From: Methanosuratincola petrocarbonis
GTDB taxonomy: Archaea; Thermoproteota; Methanomethylicia; Methanomethylicales; Methanomethylicaceae
NCBI GenBank assembly: GCA_030522375.1
Contig: CP130488.1
Coordinates: 1,253,005 to 1,317,004 of the forward strand
Reading direction: 5' to 3'
Length of the DNA stretch: 64,000 nucleotides
The position numbers and the translations under genes were made by a program. Shown here piece by piece: positions 19,136 to 29,336 of this stretch. Numbering within the stretch: the stretch's first letter is position 1; every line of letters starts with the position of its first letter. The notes under the pieces are model-generated. The model did not search any database, had not been told where the DNA came from, and worked only from the letters and a program-made list of their open reading frames with translations.

Positions 19136-19819
19136 ATGGCTGAGCCTTCATGCGGCGGGCTAGAGGGGCGACAGCCCCCCCGGTCAAAGAGAGAGCTCGA
19201 GATCCTTCTCGAGACGGTCAGAGAGTTCGAGCGTCCGAATATCGCCTACGAGCAGTACAGGCTCCCGGCACAGCTCGCCGCTGAAGTCATATGGTACATC
19301 GAGATGAGGCACCATGACATCCAAGGGAAGCGGATCGTAGACCTCGGGTGCGGCACAGGCATGCTCACCGCGGGGGCGGCGCTGATGGGGGCAGAGTACG
19401 TCGTCGGGGTCGACATCGACATCGGATCGATCCTGAAGGCGAAGGAAGTCTGCCAGATGCTGTCTTTGGCTTCTGCTGTGGACTTTGTCAACTCAGAGGT
19501 AAGCAGGCTCGAGCTTGTTGCCGATGTGGTCGTCCAGAACCCACCCTTCGGGGTCCGGGTGAGGGGCGCGGACAGGGCTTTCATACGCAAGAGCCTAGAG
19601 ATCGCTCCCAGGGTGTACTCAATACACAAGGGTGGCGAGGCAGTGAGGGGATTCGTGTCGGAATTCGCGGCGGAGTGCGGCGGTCGCGTCGATGAGATAC
19701 TTCCGTTAAAGATAAAACTCTCGCCGACCTATCACTTCCATAAAAAGAGATCATATGCCTTTGAGGCTTATCTATTCAGGATCGTGAGGGACAGGCAGAC
19801 ATGTCAAAACCAAAGATAG
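19136..19819 (+). CDS. METTL5-family RNA methyltransferase
   Basis: EQYRLP, DLGCGTG, NPPFG, FHKK. Confidence 0.9.
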   Translation: MAEPSCGGLEGRQPPRSKRELEILLETVREFERPNIAYEQYRLPAQLAAEVIWYIEMRHHDIQGKRIVDLGCGTGMLTAGAALMGAEYVVGVDIDIGSILKAKEVCQMLSLASAVDFVNSEVSRLELVADVVVQNPPFGVRVRGADRAFIRKSLEIAPRVYSIHKGGEAVRGFVSEFAAECGGRVDEILPLKIKLSPTYHFHKKRSYAFEAYLFRIVRDRQTCQNQR

Positions 19820-20355
19820 TTTCTCCCGGGGAGAAGCTCGGGGTCATCGAGGAGTACATGCCAGGTAGCGGCACGTATGAGGAGGACGGCAAGATCATTT
19901 CCAGCATGGCAGGGGAGCTGGAGGTAGACGCCAAGAACAGGAGTGTAGGCGTGGTCCCAGGCAAGAAGGCCTCGGTGCCCGAGGTCGGAGACACGGTCGA
20001 GGGGATCGTGGTTGGCATGAAGGAGGACGTCGCGCTCGTGAAGATCGTGGAGATAAAGGGGAAGAGGCCGCTGACAGGGGACTTCTCAGCGCAGCTGCAC
20101 GTCTCGCAGGTTTCGAAGGACTATACCAAGAGCATATTCGACGCCGTGAACCTGAATGACAGGATCCTTGCGAAGGTCACGACCGGATGGGCGCCCTACC
20201 AGCTATCGACGGTCGAGGACGATCTGGGAGTGATATACGCAACGTGCACGAAGTGCGGCGGGGAGCTCGTGTTGAAGAAGGGGAGGCTCTACTGCACCAA
20301 TGACAATATATCGGAGAAGAAGAAGATATCAAGGCTGTATCTTCTGAAGGAGTAG
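19801..20355 (+). CDS. csl4: Exosome component Csl4
   Basis: PGEKLGVIEEY, S1 domain, LGVIYATCTKCG Zn ribbon. Confidence 0.93.
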   Translation: MSKPKIVSPGEKLGVIEEYMPGSGTYEEDGKIISSMAGELEVDAKNRSVGVVPGKKASVPEVGDTVEGIVVGMKEDVALVKIVEIKGKRPLTGDFSAQLHVSQVSKDYTKSIFDAVNLNDRILAKVTTGWAPYQLSTVEDDLGVIYATCTKCGGELVLKKGRLYCTNDNISEKKKISRLYLLKE

Positions 20356-20362
20356 AGTAAGC

Positions 20363-20638
20363 ATGGAGATCAAAGTCATAAGCGAAGGGAAGAACAGGCT
20401 TGAGGTCGAGATACCTGGGGAGGACCATACGCTTGGCAACTACCTCAGGGCGACCCTGCTCTCGGTCAAGGGCGTGAAGCAGGCGGGATACGACATAATC
20501 CACCCTCTGACTGGGGGCATTAGGGTGGTAGTGTTGACGGAAGAGGGCGTCGCGCCGCGGGCGGCAGTCGCAGAGGCCCTGAGCAGGATGGGCAGGGAAG
20601 TCGAGGAGTTCAAAGAGAAGGTAAGGTCAAGCACATGA
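20363..20638 (+). CDS. rpo11: RNA polymerase subunit Rpo11 (RpoL)
   Basis: GEDHTLGNYL, GYDIIHPL. Confidence 0.95.
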   Translation: MEIKVISEGKNRLEVEIPGEDHTLGNYLRATLLSVKGVKQAGYDIIHPLTGGIRVVVLTEEGVAPRAAVAEALSRMGREVEEFKEKVRSST

Positions 20639-20757
20639 AGTGCCAATAGGGCAGGCAAACAATTGCTCAGCCATTGTCACACAGAACGACCGTCCTGCTG
20701 TTTTTGTTTTGTTTTCCCATAAGATATTTTTGGAGCCGAGGGGTTATTCGCTTATCG

Positions 20758-21195
20758 GTGAAGATTTTGGCCGACGCCCCGACCAGGGATGTGTACGAGA
20801 CGATCTTAGAGATATCGAAGGACAAGGGGCTCTCAAGGCTCGGTGATTCATTCGTAAATCTCGTCTACTCCTCTGCCAAGTCCAGGTCTTCAGGAAGACC
20901 GTTCGGAGGGAAAGTGCCAGACAAGATCCTCTCAAGGTCGCTTTCAATCTCAGGGGTCAAGGTGCCAACCAGGCTCAACCATGGAGAGCGGGGAGACATC
21001 ATCGAGGGGGCACTTGCATATGCATGGACGAAGGACCTGATTACACTTGAAGAGGCAGTGGGCATACTCGAAGCGGGGCTCAGGGGGGCGAAGTGCGAGA
21101 GTAGGCACGAGGAGGAGGAAGCGGCAGCCAAGGCATTCTCGGTGCTCTTCTTGAGAGCCATCATGAGGATCTGCGGTCGCGGCACGGGGGCGTGA
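20758..21195 (+). CDS. Archaeal RNase III-like (Mini-III/DUF3198-type) protein
   Basis: LSRLGDSFVNL, KVPDKILS, GDIIEGALAYAW; GTG start at 20758. Confidence 0.75.
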   Translation: MKILADAPTRDVYETILEISKDKGLSRLGDSFVNLVYSSAKSRSSGRPFGGKVPDKILSRSLSISGVKVPTRLNHGERGDIIEGALAYAWTKDLITLEEAVGILEAGLRGAKCESRHEEEEAAAKAFSVLFLRAIMRICGRGTGA

Positions 21196-21543
21196 ATGGT
21201 GGAAAAAAGGGAGGCCAGGATAGCATACATAGACGCCGTTCCGGGCATGGGGATGGTCCTAATCATAATATTCCGGGGAGGTTGGATAGACACAATCGCT
21301 TCCTGCAAAGCCGACGCTGCAGAGAGTCTTATCGAATGGTTCAGAACATCAGGGTACCTCGAGGAGATAAAGGCATTCGCGAGAGGCAAAGGTCTCCTTG
21401 CGCTGCGGGGCATTTCGGAGCTCGAGGATTGGCTCGCAGAACGCGGGATCAGGAGAGGAGAACTGCCGGCAAGGAACTTGAGGCAAGCCTCGGTAATCAT
21501 GGAGGGGCTGAAAGAGTACCAAAGGAGTAAAAGCGGAATCTGA
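21196..21543 (+). CDS. Hypothetical protein
   Basis: 115-aa ORF abutting the previous stop codon, inside the operon. Confidence 0.65.
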   Translation: MVEKREARIAYIDAVPGMGMVLIIIFRGGWIDTIASCKADAAESLIEWFRTSGYLEEIKAFARGKGLLALRGISELEDWLAERGIRRGELPARNLRQASVIMEGLKEYQRSKSGI

Positions 21544-21653
21544 TCGGGAAACGGCGGTCACCCAAAAAAAAGTTAACCGCCCAACCTGCAGCAAGAGGAT
21601 CTGGTGCCGAAATAGTTAAATCAAGAGGGGGGGATTTTGGATGGGGGTCAACG

Positions 21654-21983
21654 TTGGAGTTCTGCCCTAACTGCAACTGCATACTTCTTGAGGACAGGAG
21701 GAGAAAGGTACTCGTCTGCAGAAAGTGCAAGTTTGAGAAGAGCATCGGTGCCGAGAGTGTTCAGAGATTTGTCGAAGTTCTTGAGAGGAAGAGCGATACG
21801 GTCATAGTCAAGGACAATGACCCGAGCAAGGAGAGGACGCTCCCGATCACAAAGGCGGAATGCAAGAGGTGCGGCAATATGGATGCGTACTACTGGATGA
21901 TGCAGACGCGGAGCGCAGACGAGCCGTCTACGAGATTCTATCGTTGCACAAAGTGCGGAGCGACATGGCGCGAATATGAATGA
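21654..21983 (+). CDS. tfs: Transcription factor S (TFS/RpoM)
   Basis: FCPNC...CRKC; MQTRSADEPSTRFYRCTKC. Confidence 0.95.
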   Translation: MEFCPNCNCILLEDRRRKVLVCRKCKFEKSIGAESVQRFVEVLERKSDTVIVKDNDPSKERTLPITKAECKRCGNMDAYYWMMQTRSADEPSTRFYRCTKCGATWREYE

Positions 21984-22100
21984 GGGGCGCAGCGCAACCC
22001 CAATGCGCTTACCCCGGTCCGCAGCCCTGAAGGCAGGCTGCCCACGGACAGCAGTTTTTAAGTATTAAGACTGTTTATAGGTTGAGCTGGAGGGGCGAAT

Positions 22101-22853
22101 GTGTTTAAAGCGGTTCTCGCCGACAGCAGGGTCTGGAAGAGCATAATCGAGTCAGTCTCAACTCTCGTGGACGAGGGGGTCTTTGTTGCAGACCCATCCG
22201 GGATAAAGCTCAGGGCAATGGATCCATCGAGGGTTGCAATGGTCGACCTTGATCTGCCCAAGGGGGCATTCGAGAGCTACGACTGTTCTGGGGAGGTGCC
22301 GATCGGTGTCAATTTTGAGGACATGAAGAATGTGATGAGGAGAGCGGGCTCAAACGAGAAGCTAGAGATCGAAAAAGGCGAGGACGAGGCTAGGCTAAAG
22401 ATGAGGCTTAGGGGCAAGACGACGAGGACCTTCTCATTGCCGCTTCTTGACACCGGAAAGGAAGAGCTGTCGGTACCGCGGATTCCGTTCAACGTCACAG
22501 TAAAGGCACCTGCTTCCACGATCACGGAGGCTATCAAGGACGCAGAGGTAGTGAGCGACTTTGTCCGTATGGCGGTCGAAGGAAACCAGATGAAGATCAC
22601 CGCAAGCGGAGACAGGGGAGAGGTCGAGATCGTGATTACCAAGGAGAGCGGGGAGCTGCTTTCCGTCGAGGTCAAGGAGCCCTCACAGGCGCTGTACAGC
22701 CTGAACTACCTCAGCAAGATGATGACTGCTGCATCGTTGGCTGAGATAGTGGCGATCATGTTCTCCAAGGATATGCCGTTGAGGCTGGACTTCAACCTCT
22801 CCAGCGGAGGCAAGATAGTCTACTACCTGGCCCCGAGGATGGAATCGGAGTAG
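22101..22853 (+). CDS. pcn: PCNA sliding clamp
   Basis: LRAMDPSRVAMVDL, YYLAPR. Confidence 0.97.
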   Translation: MFKAVLADSRVWKSIIESVSTLVDEGVFVADPSGIKLRAMDPSRVAMVDLDLPKGAFESYDCSGEVPIGVNFEDMKNVMRRAGSNEKLEIEKGEDEARLKMRLRGKTTRTFSLPLLDTGKEELSVPRIPFNVTVKAPASTITEAIKDAEVVSDFVRMAVEGNQMKITASGDRGEVEIVITKESGELLSVEVKEPSQALYSLNYLSKMMTAASLAEIVAIMFSKDMPLRLDFNLSSGGKIVYYLAPRMESE

Positions 22854-22866
22854 CCAGAGTCAATAG

Positions 22867-23949
22867 ATGAGCCTGATGCTGACCAAGGAAGACCTTGCCA
22901 AATACCCATTTCTTAAACAATCAGCAGCATATGTCGAGAGGATGCAGCTGGATCTAGGCGATCTCGCAGCTGAGGAGTACTCGGGCATCCTCCGTAAGGC
23001 GTTGACGAGGATAAAGGACAGCATAGACAGGAACATAAGGCCGGTCGATCTTTCTGACCCGGAGTCTGAGATAATCTCATATCCGCTCTCACTTGCACTG
23101 GTGTACGGAAGCAAGTCCAACTGGCTTATAAACAGGTTCGCCACGATTGAGGCCAAACGGGTCGAGGAGGAGCTCAGGAGTGAGCCGGGGGACAAGATAC
23201 TAGAGATCGCGAAGTCTGGTTTTTCTTGGGATATCGAGCCCGCTAATCTAAAGCTCGAGTGGGAAGAGCTCTCCTTCAGCATCCCTCTCCAGCCCTACCT
23301 TGAGGCGGCCTCCGGCTTCAATGACCCCCACTGGAAGCTGATCAACAGGTACGTAAAAGGGGGGCGCGTCTTCCTCAATACCGGAAGCCTTGCCCGGCTC
23401 ATTTCGGAGGGCTTCAAGGTCAAGATCATCAGGAGGGCTTCCGAGAGGGAGCTGCACAATTTTCGGATTCCCGATGCACTCGCCCCTTACCTGGACGAAA
23501 TACTGGGGTATGCACAAGAGAATATGCAGTTTGACGAGGAGCTGCCCAAGGGTCTTGTCAGCGATGCCAGGCCGCCCTGCATAGTTGCTATAATGGAAGA
23601 CGTCAAGGCTGGGAAAAGCCTCTCGCACATGGCCAGATTCGCGCTTACCACATTCATGGTAAATGTTGGCGAGAGCGTTGATGAAGTGCTCAAGCTGTTT
23701 GGTAATGTTGCGGACTTTGACGAGGGGAAGGCCAGGTACCAGATCGAGCACATAGCAGGGTTGATCGGATCGAGGACAAAGTACAAACCTCCGAAATGCG
23801 ACGTGCTCAGATCCTTCGGCCTATGCGTCGGCATGGACGAGTTCTGCAGAGATGCCAAGCATCCTCTCAACTACTACAGGAGGAAACTCAAGAGAATGAG
23901 CGGATCTGGAGGCAAAACTGGTGCACGAGATCGTAAGAAAGGAGTTTAG
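22867..23949 (+). CDS. priL: DNA primase large subunit
   Basis: AKYPFL, WKLINR, PPCI, YQIEHIAG, PPKC..C..CHPLNYY Fe-S cysteines. Confidence 0.95.
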   Translation: MSLMLTKEDLAKYPFLKQSAAYVERMQLDLGDLAAEEYSGILRKALTRIKDSIDRNIRPVDLSDPESEIISYPLSLALVYGSKSNWLINRFATIEAKRVEEELRSEPGDKILEIAKSGFSWDIEPANLKLEWEELSFSIPLQPYLEAASGFNDPHWKLINRYVKGGRVFLNTGSLARLISEGFKVKIIRRASERELHNFRIPDALAPYLDEILGYAQENMQFDEELPKGLVSDARPPCIVAIMEDVKAGKSLSHMARFALTTFMVNVGESVDEVLKLFGNVADFDEGKARYQIEHIAGLIGSRTKYKPPKCDVLRSFGLCVGMDEFCRDAKHPLNYYRRKLKRMSGSGGKTGARDRKKGV

Positions 23950-25144
23950 CGGTTACTATTCAGGACTGAGGGCAGAGGATCTCGAGGTACCGGATATGCC
24001 GCAGAGGGAGTTTGCATTTCTCCAGTTCGGCGGCGAGGTAATGATCAGGCACATGAAGTTCCTCGATCCCTCATCGCTAAAAGAGTATATCGTGGAGAAC
24101 ACGCCTGCACACATTTACCATTCCTCGGCTTATTACAAGATGCCCGAGGCGACGGACATGAGTGAAAAGGGATGGCTCGGGGCGGATCTTGTGTTCGATG
24201 TTGATTCGGATCACATTAGGACAAAGTGTAAGGAGAGGCATGACCGGTGGCGTTGCATGGAGTGCGGGAGGGACGGGACTGGGTTCCCCCCTGAGAGCTG
24301 CCCGAATTGCGGGATGAAGAAGATCGACACGCGGACCTGGATCTGCGAAGATTGCCTTGAGGCCGCGAAGAAGGAGGTAATAAATATTATCGACGAGTAC
24401 CTCGTCCCAGACTTTGGGGTCTCGGGATCCGATTTCGAGGTATTCTTCTCTGGTCACAGGGGTTACCACATACATGTGAGGGGGCAGACGTTCCGCATGC
24501 TCTCAGGAGACGGGAGGAGGGAGATTGCTGACTACGTCAGGGGCATTGGGCTCGACATAAGGTCGCACGGATTCAGGGAAACCAAAAATGGGATCCTCAT
24601 AGGCCCAGATATGAAGGATGGCGGCTGGAGGGGGAGGGTTGCAAGGGCTGTCTACGAATTCGTCAACAGGGCCTCACTCGAGGATCTGAAAGAGGCGGTC
24701 GCCCCGAGCGTGGCGAAGAGCCTATTCGAGAACAAGGAGAAGTTCCTGAAGAGCATAGCTTCCGACCCGCCCTATTGGGGTGGGCTGAAGGGGTACACGC
24801 TTGAGAGCCTCGAAAAGTTAGCGATCGCCTCGATCAAGGATCTCATTTGCAACATAGACGAGAGGGTCACTATCGACTCGAAGAGGCTGATAAGGTGCCC
24901 TAACAGCCTCCACGGGAAGTCGGGGCTCAGGACGCTCCGTGTGGACTACAGCGGCATCGACAATTTCGACCCGTTGAAGGAGGCTGTCGCATTCAGGCAG
25001 GGTAGCATAAGGATATATGTTAAAGAATCCCCCCGTGTAAGGATAGGGGACGAAGAGCTGGGACCTCTTAAGGACAAAACACTCGAGGTTCCGCTGGCGC
25101 TCGGACTGTACCTCATCTGCAGGGGGGCAGCCGAACCGAGGTGA
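23921..25144 (+). CDS. priS: DNA primase catalytic subunit
   Basis: REFAF, ADLVFDVDSD, FSGHRGYHIH, IDERVTID, SLHGKSG. Confidence 0.95.
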   Translation: MHEIVRKEFSGYYSGLRAEDLEVPDMPQREFAFLQFGGEVMIRHMKFLDPSSLKEYIVENTPAHIYHSSAYYKMPEATDMSEKGWLGADLVFDVDSDHIRTKCKERHDRWRCMECGRDGTGFPPESCPNCGMKKIDTRTWICEDCLEAAKKEVINIIDEYLVPDFGVSGSDFEVFFSGHRGYHIHVRGQTFRMLSGDGRREIADYVRGIGLDIRSHGFRETKNGILIGPDMKDGGWRGRVARAVYEFVNRASLEDLKEAVAPSVAKSLFENKEKFLKSIASDPPYWGGLKGYTLESLEKLAIASIKDLICNIDERVTIDSKRLIRCPNSLHGKSGLRTLRVDYSGIDNFDPLKEAVAFRQGSIRIYVKESPRVRIGDEELGPLKDKTLEVPLALGLYLICRGAAEPR

Positions 25145-25623
25145 CAGAGTTGTACAGGAGAATACTGGACTTCTGGGTAGCAGAGAGGGAGAGCCAGGAG
25201 CTACAGAAGCTCCCAGACGGTTTCATTGACGAGGTTAACAAGTACCTAGAGGACCTCGGCGGGGGCGCGGATGGGGTGAGGGGAAGACTAATGCAGGAGG
25301 AGCTGAAGAGGGTCAAGAATGCGCTTGCTGAGTTCAGGCTACTCAGGAAGTCCAAGATATGCAGGGACTTTCTTACGGGGTCCCTCGATCTTGGGAAGCT
25401 TCTCGAGGACGAGAAGGGGTTCTTCAAGGAAAAGATCCCCGAAAAGGTCCCTGCCGAAGGTACGAAAAAGATATTAGCCAGATTGCTTGGAGATGTTCCA
25501 CCGTTCGTAGGGGTAGATTTAAAAACATACGGCCCCTATAAGACCGAGGATGTTGCGCTGCTTCCAGCGCAGAACGCTGAAGCCCTCATCAAGAGGGGGA
25601 TCGCAGCAGAGATCAAGAGGTAA
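25141..25623 (+). CDS. gins51: GINS51 (GINS15) subunit
   Basis: LQKLPDGF, R..KI, PFVGVDLKTYGPY..EDV; position after priS. Confidence 0.88.
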   Translation: MTELYRRILDFWVAERESQELQKLPDGFIDEVNKYLEDLGGGADGVRGRLMQEELKRVKNALAEFRLLRKSKICRDFLTGSLDLGKLLEDEKGFFKEKIPEKVPAEGTKKILARLLGDVPPFVGVDLKTYGPYKTEDVALLPAQNAEALIKRGIAAEIKR

Positions 25624-25628
25624 TCGAG

Positions 25629-25904
25629 ATGAAGGCACCAAAAGAGATAAACACGTACTGCCCGAGGTGTAAGGCTTACACTGCCCACAGCGTTACCCTT
25701 TACAAGAAGGGCAAGGAGAGGGCGCTGGCAGAGGGCACAAGGCGGTACGAGAGGAAGAAGCTTGGCTACGGCAGCTCCAGGAAGCCAGTCCAGAAGAGGA
25801 CAGCCAAGACGACCAAGAAGCTGAGCCTCAAGCTTAAGTGCAAGAAGTGCGGCTACCAGAACCAGAGGAAAGGAATCAGGCTCAAGAAGCTGGAGATAGT
25901 CTGA
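25629..25904 (+). CDS. rpl44e: 50S ribosomal protein L44e
   Basis: TYCPRCK, AKTTKK..LKLKCKKC. Confidence 0.97.
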   Translation: MKAPKEINTYCPRCKAYTAHSVTLYKKGKERALAEGTRRYERKKLGYGSSRKPVQKRTAKTTKKLSLKLKCKKCGYQNQRKGIRLKKLEIV

Positions 25905-25914
25905 GGTGCATGAA

Positions 25915-26112
25915 ATGAAGAGGAAAGAGATGCTCACGCCTGTGCCGAGAAGCAAGTTCTATATGGTCCAGTGCCCCGAGTGTGGGAACGAACAGACGGT
26001 ATTCTCGCACGTCGCCACCGTTGTGAAGTGCAACATTTGCGGGAAGGACCTGGCACTGCCGACCGGCGGCAAGAGCGAAATCCTCTCTGACAAGGTCAGG
26101 GAGATAAGCTAG
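25915..26112 (+). CDS. rps27e: 30S ribosomal protein S27e
   Basis: PRSKFYMVQCPEC..QTVFSH..CNIC..PTGGK. Confidence 0.97.
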   Translation: MKRKEMLTPVPRSKFYMVQCPECGNEQTVFSHVATVVKCNICGKDLALPTGGKSEILSDKVREIS

Positions 26113-26247
26113 AAGCTCACCATTTTTTCCTCAGGGGCATTCTTGTGCCCCTGGAGCTTTTGGGATAAACTTATAACTTGTCGTTCAATATGCTTACTTC
26201 AAGTTGAAGATCAAGCTCACCCGTCAATCGATTAAAGGTGTTTAGTG

Positions 26248-27033
26248 ATGGTTCTCAGGAAGAAGGAATACCCGGAGATCGGGGAGTTCGTAATCGCGAC
26301 CGCCGTGAGGCTTCAGGAGCACGGTGTTTACGTGAGCCTGGACGAGTACGGCAAGAACGGCTATGTCCCAATAGGCGAGGTCGCCTCGACATGGGTCAAG
26401 AACATAAAGGACTTTGTAAAGGAAGGGCAAAAACTCGTCCTCAAGGTGATCAGGATCGACGAGAGGAAGGGGCACATCGACCTTTCCCTCAGGAAGGTGA
26501 CCGAGAGGGAGAAGAAGGAGAAGCTGATCCAGTGGAAGAAGTCGAAGAAGGCTGAAAAGATCCTGGAAATGGCAGCCAAGAAGCTTGGCAAGGAGCTCCA
26601 GGAAGCGGTCAAACTGGTCGGCATCCCCCTCGAGGACAGGTACGGCGATCTGTACACCGCGCTCGAGCAGCTAGTCCAGAGGGGACCGAAGGCGGTCTTT
26701 GAGGCGGGCATAGGCGAAGAGTGGGCAAACGCGCTCTATGATGCTTCAAAGGACCACATAGAGGCGCCGATGGTTCAAATAACAGGCGAGGTAAAGCTTG
26801 CAACGAACAGGCCAGAGGGGGTCGAGGACATCAAGAAGGCGCTCAACGAAGGGATAAAGGCGGTCGATCCGAAGGTGGCAAAAGTAGAGATTTACACGCT
26901 CGGCGCCCCCAGGTATAGAATAGAAATCTCTGCAAAGGACTACAGGGTTGCCGAGGAGCAGATGAAGGCAGCGGTCGAGGCAATAATAAACAACTTCAGG
27001 AAGTCCGGCGGGACTGCAGAATTCGTCCGTTAG
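26248..27033 (+). CDS. eif2a: Translation initiation factor aIF2 alpha
   Basis: EYPEIGEFV, SLDEY, HIDLSLRKV, GAPRYRI. Confidence 0.97.
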   Translation: MVLRKKEYPEIGEFVIATAVRLQEHGVYVSLDEYGKNGYVPIGEVASTWVKNIKDFVKEGQKLVLKVIRIDERKGHIDLSLRKVTEREKKEKLIQWKKSKKAEKILEMAAKKLGKELQEAVKLVGIPLEDRYGDLYTALEQLVQRGPKAVFEAGIGEEWANALYDASKDHIEAPMVQITGEVKLATNRPEGVEDIKKALNEGIKAVDPKVAKVEIYTLGAPRYRIEISAKDYRVAEEQMKAAVEAIINNFRKSGGTAEFVR

Positions 27034-27045
27034 GGGTTTGGGCAG

Positions 27046-27225
27046 ATGAAGGGGATGCTCAGGAAGTGCACCTCGTGCGGCACTTACACGCTGAGGCAGG
27101 ACTCCTGCCCACGGTGCGGCGGGGGGCTCAAGATCCCGCATCCAGCAAAGTTCTCCCCCCACGACAGATACAGCAGGTTCAGATTGGCCCTGAAGGAAAT
27201 TGACGGGAAGGAAAAAGGAGAATAG
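27046..27225 (+). CDS. nop10: H/ACA RNP protein Nop10 (59 aa, absent from the ORF track)
   Basis: Manual translation MKGMLRKCTSCGTYTLRQDSCPRCGGGLKIPHPAKFSPHDRYSRFRLALK... Confidence 0.95.
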   Translation: MKGMLRKCTSCGTYTLRQDSCPRCGGGLKIPHPAKFSPHDRYSRFRLALKEIDGKEKGE

Positions 27226-27287
27226 AAGGAAAAGAATGGGTAATAGTCAGGGCGGAGTTGCCCCATCGTCTGACAAGACGGAGGCTA

Positions 27288-29336
27288 TCACGGGTAATTG
27301 ATCTTGTATACCATCACCCATCCGTTGCTCGGAGAGATGTAGACAAGCTGGTAGTTCTGCGGGGCAGATATACTAATCCCTAGAGTCTGGTTGTACGCCT
27401 CCCTGTACGGGTAGAACAGCAGCTGGTACAGCGTGGTATTAGCAGCCTTCGGCCCGGCTGGCATGGGGTAGCTGTAAAGGGTGCCACCCAAGTTTATCGT
27501 CACAGGAGAGATGTAGTCAGAAGAGTTGTAGCCCGCCCAGACCATCATAGCGGTGGACTTCTCGAAGTCTCCAAGTATGTACCATGGGGGGAGGGCGAGT
27601 GGCGGGTTTGTGGATACTAGCGTGAAGGGCTCATAGACCACTACATACGAGACGTTCATCGCCCGGAAGATCTCGAGCGAAACGGACTCGTTGTTGAGGA
27701 AGGCTTTGGCCACCTGGACGATCTGGGTCCCGTTGATAGTGGCGTTGTCGTCGATCACGGATTTGTTGGCCATGACATTTATCCAGTATCCATAGTCCCA
27801 CCAGCACCCGACAATCGCGTCCTGAGGCAGGTTGTCCCTCATCCAGGCGAGCGCCTCTATCCAGTCCGGGATCTCCTGGCGAATCCCTGTTGAGGCCGAG
27901 ACTATCATTGCCGGGCGATCCGCAGACCTGATCCCAGGGGAGTCCGCAACAACCGGGACCAATGTGACTGCGATGAGGGCAATAGTGAAGAACCCGTAGT
28001 ATTTGCTGAGCAGGGAGGCCTTGCTCTTACGGTCCAGCTCGTGCTTCAAAACTGGGCGAACCGTTGCGATTATGGAGCTTAGGGCATACCCCGAGACAAT
28101 CGCTACGGCTGGTGCGACGAGTATCAGCAGGCGGACGAAGGATCCGGCGCCGTAGAGGGAGGTGACGGCAAGGAGTGTTATGAACACAGCCTCGTCGCTG
28201 AGTCGCCTCAATGCGTACAGGATCCCCACAGGCAGCAGGAATATCAAGGAGCGGTACGTCGAGAAGAACTGCGACCAGGTGGACGGGAATTGCTCCCCCA
28301 CTGTCCTGACGCCCTCGTCTATGCGCGAGAATGGGTTCACGATCGCTAAGAACTTACCGGTAATATCTCCGAACACTCCTGAGAGCGTGAGTGCGCCGAC
28401 CACGACCAGGATCGAGGCAACGACGCCGATTGTGAACTTTGTGCGCTTCGCAGGATCCGGGATCTCCTCGGCGAACGTCCTAATTATGCAGACGAGGAAT
28501 GCTACGTAGGCGCCTATGGTATAGGGGGAAATGAGGGTGGAGAAGCCGTAAGCAGGGGTCGCCGCGACGGCGAATAGCGTTATCGAGGAGACGATTGCGA
28601 ACGAGGCGGTCATGCGCCTGCTCCACCTCCCCAGCAGCACCATTATGACCACATAGAGCGCGAGGAAGTTGATCGTATAGAGGAATGCCCTCCACGAGAT
28701 AGCCATCAGGGCAAGCCCGAGCCCGGAGACCACGGCGTAAGGGACGGTCCTACTCCGGAGCGACTTGACGAAGAAGATGAGGGCTACGAGCATCCCGATC
28801 ATCCCGACGGACTCGGTATCGAAAAAGCCGAGGGAGGTCCGTTGGATGGCAGTGGAGTCGATTGCCAAGATCAGCGAGGTGAGAAGCCCTACCCCCCTGT
28901 TTACCAGCTCTTTCCCGAGGAAGTAGCCCAAGAGAATTATTACGCCGCCGGCGAAGACTGGGAAGAAGACGACCACATCAAAGAGCGGGACGCTTATGCC
29001 GAGGAAGTTCAGCAGCAGGTACACGGCGGCGCCTGCAAATGGTACCCCCGGCAGCCCGGCCGTGGACTGGTCGGTCCCCCAAGGCGCCCACCTCGTGGGG
29101 TCGAACCAGGTGTACCATGCGCTGAAGCCGTTCTCGACGATGTACTGTGCCCCCTTATACTGGATGTATGGGTCGAATTCATCGAGGTAAATCCCCCATT
29201 TTATGGGCAGTAACCGTATGGCAACGCCGAATGCGATTAATGCGATCAGTGAGATATAGACTAGGAGGTCGTCTATTCCTAACTTGGAGCCCCTCATAGG
29301 GGAGTTTGCCTGACGGCTCATTGTCGATATCACCAA
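27288..29336 (-). CDS. aglB: Oligosaccharyltransferase catalytic subunit AglB/STT3
   Basis: EFDPY, GFFDTE, WWDYGYWI, DDNAT; multiple TM segments. Confidence 0.95.
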   Translation of the reverse strand: MVISTMSRQANSPMRGSKLGIDDLLVYISLIALIAFGVAIRLLPIKWGIYLDEFDPYIQYKGAQYIVENGFSAWYTWFDPTRWAPWGTDQSTAGLPGVPFAGAAVYLLLNFLGISVPLFDVVVFFPVFAGGVIILLGYFLGKELVNRGVGLLTSLILAIDSTAIQRTSLGFFDTESVGMIGMLVALIFFVKSLRSRTVPYAVVSGLGLALMAISWRAFLYTINFLALYVVIMVLLGRWSRRMTASFAIVSSITLFAVAATPAYGFSTLISPYTIGAYVAFLVCIIRTFAEEIPDPAKRTKFTIGVVASILVVVGALTLSGVFGDITGKFLAIVNPFSRIDEGVRTVGEQFPSTWSQFFSTYRSLIFLLPVGILYALRRLSDEAVFITLLAVTSLYGAGSFVRLLILVAPAVAIVSGYALSSIIATVRPVLKHELDRKSKASLLSKYYGFFTIALIAVTLVPVVADSPGIRSADRPAMIVSASTGIRQEIPDWIEALAWMRDNLPQDAIVGCWWDYGYWINVMANKSVIDDNATINGTQIVQVAKAFLNNESVSLEIFRAMNVSYVVVYEPFTLVSTNPPLALPPWYILGDFEKSTAMMVWAGYNSSDYISPVTINLGGTLYSYPMPAGPKAANTTLYQLLFYPYREAYNQTLGISISAPQNYQLVYISPSNGWVMVYKINYP

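Noticed and set aside
24200-24360. Cys-rich insertion in PriS
   Set aside because: Zn-binding insertions in archaeal PriS are known; not novel.
11027-27225. Long co-directional translation/replication gene run
   Set aside because: Well-known conserved archaeal superoperon organisation.
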